From IMG/VR virus record IMGVR_UViG_3300031555_002904: DNA of 64,000 nt; one strand, given 5' to 3'. Numbering within the stretch: the first letter of the stretch is position 1; every line of letters begins with the position of its first letter. This stretch comes from a virus. Taxonomy: Duplodnaviria; Heunggongvirae; Uroviricota; Caudoviricetes. The notes under the pieces were generated by a model that did not search any database, was not told the DNA's origin, and was given only the letters and a program-made list of their open reading frames with translations. Below are positions 59,013 to 64,000 of this stretch, piece by piece. The translations under genes were made by a program, and so were the position numbers.

Positions 59013-59735
59013 TTAGTGAATATTTTTCATCCAATTGTCAGGTTGATTGTCGGGTTTGCCTCCAGCCAAACGACAACGGACGTCCATATCCCAATTAATA
59101 TATAGCATATATCTTTCAACTAAGTCATATAATTGGAACATGGTTAAATCCATTAGCTCCTACATAGGAATATGTAATCCCACTGTAAGTATTGAAAGAT
59201 ACTGGCTAAATATACTGATATTACTTTGACCCTTTTCAGCAGCAACCTTAGCTCGTCCTCGCATAAGTTTTTCTGCTATCTCTCGAGCTTTAGCATTTGC
59301 TGGATTAAAACTCTACTAATCCATAGGGCCAGTTTTCAGACAACAGATATTTGTCAACGCTGCTTGTAATGACTCAAAATTCTTTTCATCAATTTGAATT
59401 GTCATTCCATCTCCACTAAGTAGCACAGAGCGTGGAGTCATCATTACTTTATATTTTGGAAATATTAAAGTAAAGACTTGCTGCACCGCAAACTTTTTAT
59501 CTGCCGCTTCTTTTTCTGACATTATCGTCATAAATATTTGAAAATTATTTGTATCTCTTAAAAGAGATTCGTCCTTGATAAACATGGATTTATTTAAGCA
59601 CAAACACTAAATACCTGTAAAAAAATCTGCTTCCCCTATAAATGCAATCTCTTTGATGCGAGGTTGATGAATAACTAACTAACATTCAGGAACGGGATAA
59701 TCCGTTCCGCACATTAAAGATAATCGAGTATCCAT
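59013..59735 (-). CDS. Conserved tail-associated protein (240 aa, table 15)
   Basis: The ATG overlaps the upstream TGA. Five TAGs including a tandem pair (GPMD[QQ]SFNP at 59313-59318); TAA at 59013. Confidence 0.75.
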
Positions 59736-60319
59736 CAATTATTAAACATTGCATCAAAGTTTTTGATGAAGTCTTCTTCATCATTAGGATTAGGCATTTT
59801 CTTTTTATCCTCTTCTCCATGGATAGCTTGATACATTAAACACAATCCACCAAATTCATCCGTAAGAATCATTTGATTTGCGCCTAAAAATTCCAACTCA
59901 CCAATTCCAGTTAAATGTTTTCCATTGAACATAGAATCAATCTCTGCCGCAATCTTATAAGGACGCAACTCAAAGTCTTTCATTTTCCATTGGTCAAAAT
60001 GACAAATAATGTCAAACTCAATAATATTATCTCTAAACTCGGGATTCTTACGATTACCAGTAAAATTATCAAAACTAACAATAATATAATTCAATACTGA
60101 ACCATCAACAGTTAGCTTAGGTACAATCTTAATCTATTCACCAAATAAACCAAGAGTTTCATCCTCGGTTAAATTAGGCTTATTCATACAATCACGAGTT
60201 GTGTAGTATAACATTTTTTTCAGACGCTCATTTTTCATAATCATCTGAACAATCAAATTCATATCTTTTTCAGTAGACAAAAAACTTGATTTAGGATAAG
60301 AATAAACTTCTCTTTTCAT
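59735..60319 (-). CDS. Probable tail terminator / neck protein (194 aa, table 15)
   Basis: Two track ORFs join through TAG 60134 (LFGE[Q]IKIVPK); TGA stop. Function is positional. Confidence 0.65.
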
Positions 60320-60346
60320 ATCTATATCTCCTTTATCACTTAATTA

Positions 60347-61564
60347 TTAAAATAAAGACTCAACAACAATTGTTTTACTATAATCTCCATATAGTAATTC
60401 AAATTGTCCACTATAAGAACTAACCCATCGAACAGATACTCGTCTTGGGTCAGTTGGGTCAGGAATTAATTCAACAGGATATTTCTTGTCGACATACCAT
60501 TCATCAGCTTTTGTACCATTAAATTCATAATCATACAATTTCTTAACCTTAATAAATGTTTCTCCAATAATATCCATTTCATCAACAGTTCCTTCATTTG
60601 GGTCTTTAATTGGTTCAATTAAACCACCAACGATACCAGCATCTACATCATCCTCAGTTTCATTAGCATAATACTCTACTGCGATAACTTCCAAGATTCC
60701 AGGAGTCGAAATCCAATCAGAAGCTTCAACACGCCAACAAGTATCATCGCCTTGAAGATAAAACTTACTATATCGTTTAAAATAATTCATTGTGTATTCA
60801 TTTTTTGGCATTAAAATACTCAATGAGTGATTAGGAGTGTCAACACTAATTCCATGTTTTTGAATGAAGTTAATTTTAGTTTCCACTGGACCGCGCACGG
60901 CCGCATATGTGGTATGAATACCATCTTCATCCTCCCAAGCAATCTAATAAGAGCACTTGCGAATATCACCACGGAAATAAGCTAATTCAGTTAAATCTTG
61001 TAAATAAACTAACCAGTGAGTTTTTGTACCTAACCACTCAAACACATCGCCGCATTTGAAATTATATTCAAAACCCACAGAAATGATTTTATCATCATAG
61101 TCTTGTTTTAGTTTATTTGGATTAATAAGTGCGCGAACTGGCTTGCGGTTCTCCGCATCCACTCGCACGACCTCAGCAGCCTGATAAGAATTCCAAACTG
61201 CATGGTCTAAAGAACGACGCTTGTCTTTAATCATACGTTCTTGCTGTCTGTTACCGCCCGCCTGACGAAAACGAGTAGCTTGTTCCCAAATACCAGTAAT
61301 TTTGGGGTCTAGTTGCGTCAATACGATACCAGCCTCATCAATTTTATCTTGTGACAACAAATTCTCAATCTTTTGGATTGTTACAGTATCTAAATCAATG
61401 TTCATATTTTTAATTACTTTCATCAATTCTTCTACACGATTTTGCTATTCAAGTTGTTCGGCAGTAGAACCAGCTGGGTCAAACGGTCTTTTATCGTAAA
61501 CTCCTAATCGACCTTTCATTAATCTAAAAGGGACACGGCTACTTAAATCATAACCTGATGCCAT
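60347..61564 (-). CDS. Probable head-closure / neck protein (405 aa, table 15)
   Basis: ATG at 61562-61564; TAGs at ~61445 and 60944 join two track ORFs; TAA stop. Function is positional. Confidence 0.65.
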
Positions 61565-61856
61565 GGCTTAACTCCTACAAAAGACTAATGCTTTCAAACA
61601 CAGTCTTGCGGTATAGTTCAAAATTCGTCTCTTGAGCTTTCAGTCCCTCTAATTTACATAGCAGCTGTAAAAATTGCGGGTTCATGAATACTTCATTCAT
61701 GCCCGCAATTTCTAAAATAACTGTATCTAATTGTTTAGGCCAATCTTCTTCATGCTCGCGCATTGGAATTAATTTCCAAAGTTGGTTGGTTAAACGACGA
61801 ACATTTACATCAATGCTTCTATCATCAAAATCAAATCCATATTTAGTCAAGAGCAC
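61548..61856 (-). CDS. Small head-tail region protein (~102 aa, table 15)
   Basis: Read-through of TAG 61575 gives SISLL[Q]ELSHGIRL-TGA, overlapping the next start. Confidence 0.65.
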
Positions 61857-62421
61857 TAACCTCCATTAAGCTAGACCAGTTGCTCTTATAACCGCCTTCC
61901 GCAGGTTTTCTGCGTTTATATAAGCGTTGCATATGGAACGAATCTCTGCGAGCCTCAGTCAATAAAGACAATAGCTTAGATAAGTGGTTCGCTTGAGAAG
62001 TCATTTTAAAATCAGAGCCACTATATTTCATTCGAGTATTTTCGATAGAAGCAACCTGGCGCTGAACCCAACCTTGCTTCATTAAAAGCGCCAGGATGTT
62101 GATTTCTTCTTGAGTAAGCTCAACATTAAATCGAGACTTATCAACTAAAACATTTGGAGTCTACAATGTGTCACTTGGTAACTCTCCCCAAACAGTTCCC
62201 AATACAAAATCATCGGGAGTTAATTCATCCGCTCCCATAGTTCTAACTTCAATCGTATAATTGTATAAATCTTGACGAGGAAATTCAAAACCAGGAATTG
62301 CATTAATTAAAAGATTTTGCAAATCTTTTAAAGTATCTTCGGGAGTTAATTCCAAGTATAAATCATCGGTAACTTGTCCAAGAAAGCGATTATAAACAGC
62401 CGAAAATTGTGTCTCAGCCAT
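61843..62421 (-). CDS. Probable head-tail adaptor (192 aa, table 15)
   Basis: Track ORFs 62161..62421 and 61843..62082 join through TAG 62161; AAGGAGG RBS, TAA stop. Function is positional. Confidence 0.65.
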
Positions 62422-62440
62422 ATAATTGCCTCCTTATTTA

Positions 62441-63061
62441 TTATTCAGCAGATTCAGCAGGAGCCTCAACTGCAGGTTTAGTAACAATATTATATTTAGG
62501 TGCGGCCGCAGGAGCAGTTACAGTAGGTGCTGTACGACGTCCGGCAGGAGCTGCAGCAGGCTGTACTCTACGCTCGCCACCATTATTAGTTTTCAAGATT
62601 GTCTTCTGGTCATCTTCTTTATCTTCCTCATTGTGCTTCAATGCGGCTTCCACATCAAAACCAGTCTTTTCCTTCAAAGCCTTACGCTTTGGGATATCAA
62701 CCATAGGAATAGAAATACTCAACTTCTTAATTAAATCAATAACTCCAATGGGAGCAAAGTCAAGTGCATCCAAGAAAGCATCCAAGGAACCACTAGTAAT
62801 CAACTTGGCAACATCAGCTTCACTCATATGATATTCAGGTTCAGTCTTAATACGAGCAGCTTGAATTCCTTCAAGGTCCAAAATCTGCAAGAATTGACTT
62901 AACATAGTAACTCCACCAGGCTGGAAAGTTAATTCTTCTAACTCTTCAGAACTAATTGGAATAATCTGACCAGGCTTGAATTCTCTACGAATTCCCTTGT
63001 CTGGAATCTTATAAACAACGGTGCTTGCACCACGGTTTTTTACTCTATACATTGTACTCAT
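62441..63061 (-). CDS. Conserved hypothetical protein downstream of the capsid gene (206 aa, Pro/Ala-rich tail)
   Basis: Start MSTMYRVKNR after AAGGAG (the track extension runs through a terminator). No TAG. Confidence 0.75.
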   Translation of the reverse strand: MSTMYRVKNRGASTVVYKIPDKGIRREFKPGQIIPISSEELEELTFQPGGVTMLSQFLQILDLEGIQAARIKTEPEYHMSEADVAKLITSGSLDAFLDALDFAPIGVIDLIKKLSISIPMVDIPKRKALKEKTGFDVEAALKHNEEDKEDDQKTILKTNNGGERRVQPAAAPAGRRTAPTVTAPAAAPKYNIVTKPAVEAPAESAE

Positions 63062-63094
63062 TTTTATATCTCCTTTTTCTCTGTTTTTAAAATG

Positions 63095-63133
63095 AAAAAA
63101 AGGGGGAAGAGGGGATATCCCCACTTCCCCCTC
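63095..63133 (-). terminator. Rho-independent terminator after the major capsid gene
   Basis: GC-rich hairpin GGGGAAG-TGGGGATATCCCC-TCTTCCCC followed by T7. Confidence 0.8.
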
Positions 63134-63155
63134 TTAGTTATATATTAATATTTAA

Positions 63156-64000
63156 TTAGGCATTAACGTCCTTAACGTTATAGGACATATCAACATAGTT
63201 AGAGCTGTCCCAAATAGAGTCAGCCAAATCATACTGACCTAGCAACTCAGTATCAGCATAAGCGCAGATGTTATTAGCTAACATAGCAGTTACGCCAACC
63301 TTCTTGTAAACCTGAATCTCACGAGAACGGTCAGCATTTACATACTCGTCAACGATTGTACCACCCTCGAAAGCAATCTTAACAGGCTTGCTATCAGCAC
63401 CACTTGGGATGATATAGCAATAACCAGGATTGATTACCTTACGAGTATTGGTCTCGTCTTCCAAGCCCTGAGGTAGGATGATAACCTTACGTCCCTTGTA
63501 CATAGCCAAGTGACCAGTATCCCACAACTCTTGCTTCATATTCTCAGTCCAACGCCAACCCTGCTCAGGAACCATCTTAACTGCGAACTCATAAGTGCAG
63601 TAAATAGAAGGCTCACCATAAGCGGAAGCGATAACCAACAAGTTGTCGAAAGCCTTTTCATCGAAGCCAGTAGCAACAACAATATTTGCAGGAGGTAACT
63701 GGTTAACAGAAGCAGCTAGAGCATGTCCAACTTCCTTCATAATTAACTCATCCATACCTTCCATAACAATATTAGTTACTTCAGCGAAGTCCACACGACC
63801 GTCTAGGAACTCCTCGAATCCAATCTGAGCAGCTCCACCGATAGCAGAAGTACGAACTTCGAAGCTCTCTTCTTCTGCAGGACCTAGCTTAAATACTTCG
63901 TAAATACCAGCCAATCCAACACGAGTGATGAACTGCTTAGCACGAGAACGAACGTCTCTCTTACGACGGAAAATAGGCTTGTCGCCCTGAGCGAACTGCT
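63156..64000 (-). CDS. Major capsid protein (5' part outside the window)
   Basis: The open frame continues to the window edge (...QFAQGDKPIFRRKRDVRSRAKQFITRVGLAGIYEVFKL...). High-expression codon style, strong terminator, followed by neck genes, no TAG. Confidence 0.75.
   Translation of the reverse strand, partial: QFAQGDKPIFRRKRDVRSRAKQFITRVGLAGIYEVFKLGPAEEESFEVRTSAIGGAAQIGFEEFLDGRVDFAEVTNIVMEGMDELIMKEVGHALAASVNQLPPANIVVATGFDEKAFDNLLVIASAYGEPSIYCTYEFAVKMVPEQGWRWTENMKQELWDTGHLAMYKGRKVIILPQGLEDETNTRKVINPGYCYIIPSGADSKPVKIAFEGGTIVDEYVNADRSREIQVYKKVGVTAMLANNICAYADTELLGQYDLADSIWDSSNYVDMSYNVKDVNA

Noticed and set aside
6044-59229. Short alternative-frame minus-strand ORFs (6044..6253, 14259..14468, 16549..16797, 30228..30452, 31088..31273, 34051..34260, 42668..42892, 46695..46883, 47061..47249, 48468..48701, 49647..49880, 59047..59229)
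   Set aside because: They overlap longer genes in another frame, have Leu/Met-rich off-frame composition and lack an RBS.
3072-62421. Interpreting the many broken ORFs as pseudogenes of a decaying prophage
   Set aside because: Breaks are exclusively TAG, never TAA/TGA or frameshifts. They fall at Gln-type positions, and RBSs, overlaps and terminators are intact.
391-63828. All plus-strand ORFs in the track (e.g. 391..711, 30467..30886, 49292..49852, 52748..53098, 62409..62831)
   Set aside because: They are antisense shadows of minus-strand genes, with no RBS and compositions that mirror the real gene's codon bias.
1-64000. Suppressor tRNA (CUA), release factor or aminoacyl-tRNA synthetase gene
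   Set aside because: No cloverleaf or such protein was recognised. Intergenic gaps are short and taken up by terminators and promoters. These are expected elsewhere in the genome; a tRNAscan run is needed to be sure.
1-64000. CRISPR array, IS element, integrase or intron
   Set aside because: No regularly spaced direct repeats, transposase, recombinase or homing-endonuclease motifs were seen, and all gaps within genes are explained by in-frame TAG read-through.

Overview
The window is 64 kb of the virion-morphogenesis region of a large, long-tailed (siphovirus-like) phage. The host is most likely a Bacillota/Clostridia bacterium, inferred from AGGAGG ribosome-binding sites, sigma-A-type promoters and gene content. 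Every credible gene is on the minus strand. In transcription order: major capsid (5' end outside the window), head-tail neck genes, tail tube, chaperone, ~3091-aa tape measure, ~2547-aa tail-tip protein, Dit/hub-like genes, a large set of fibre/receptor-binding proteins (including a 2683-aa LamG + CotH-kinase-like + LRR protein), and a separate six-gene accessory operon at 1-2790. The key hidden feature is that TAG is not a stop codon here. The supplied standard-code ORFs break at in-frame TAGs (about 130 by manual count) and rejoin in frame into full-length genes that all end in TAA or TGA. Conserved motifs and an internal paralog pair show TAG = Gln (translation table 15). TAG use is very uneven: none in the capsid, tube and chaperone genes or in a 12.8-kb fibre block, about 50 in the tape measure. 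CDS coordinates below are re-called under table 15. No tRNA, CRISPR array, integrase, transposase or reverse transcriptase was recognised. All counts and domain calls were made by eye; no searches were run.
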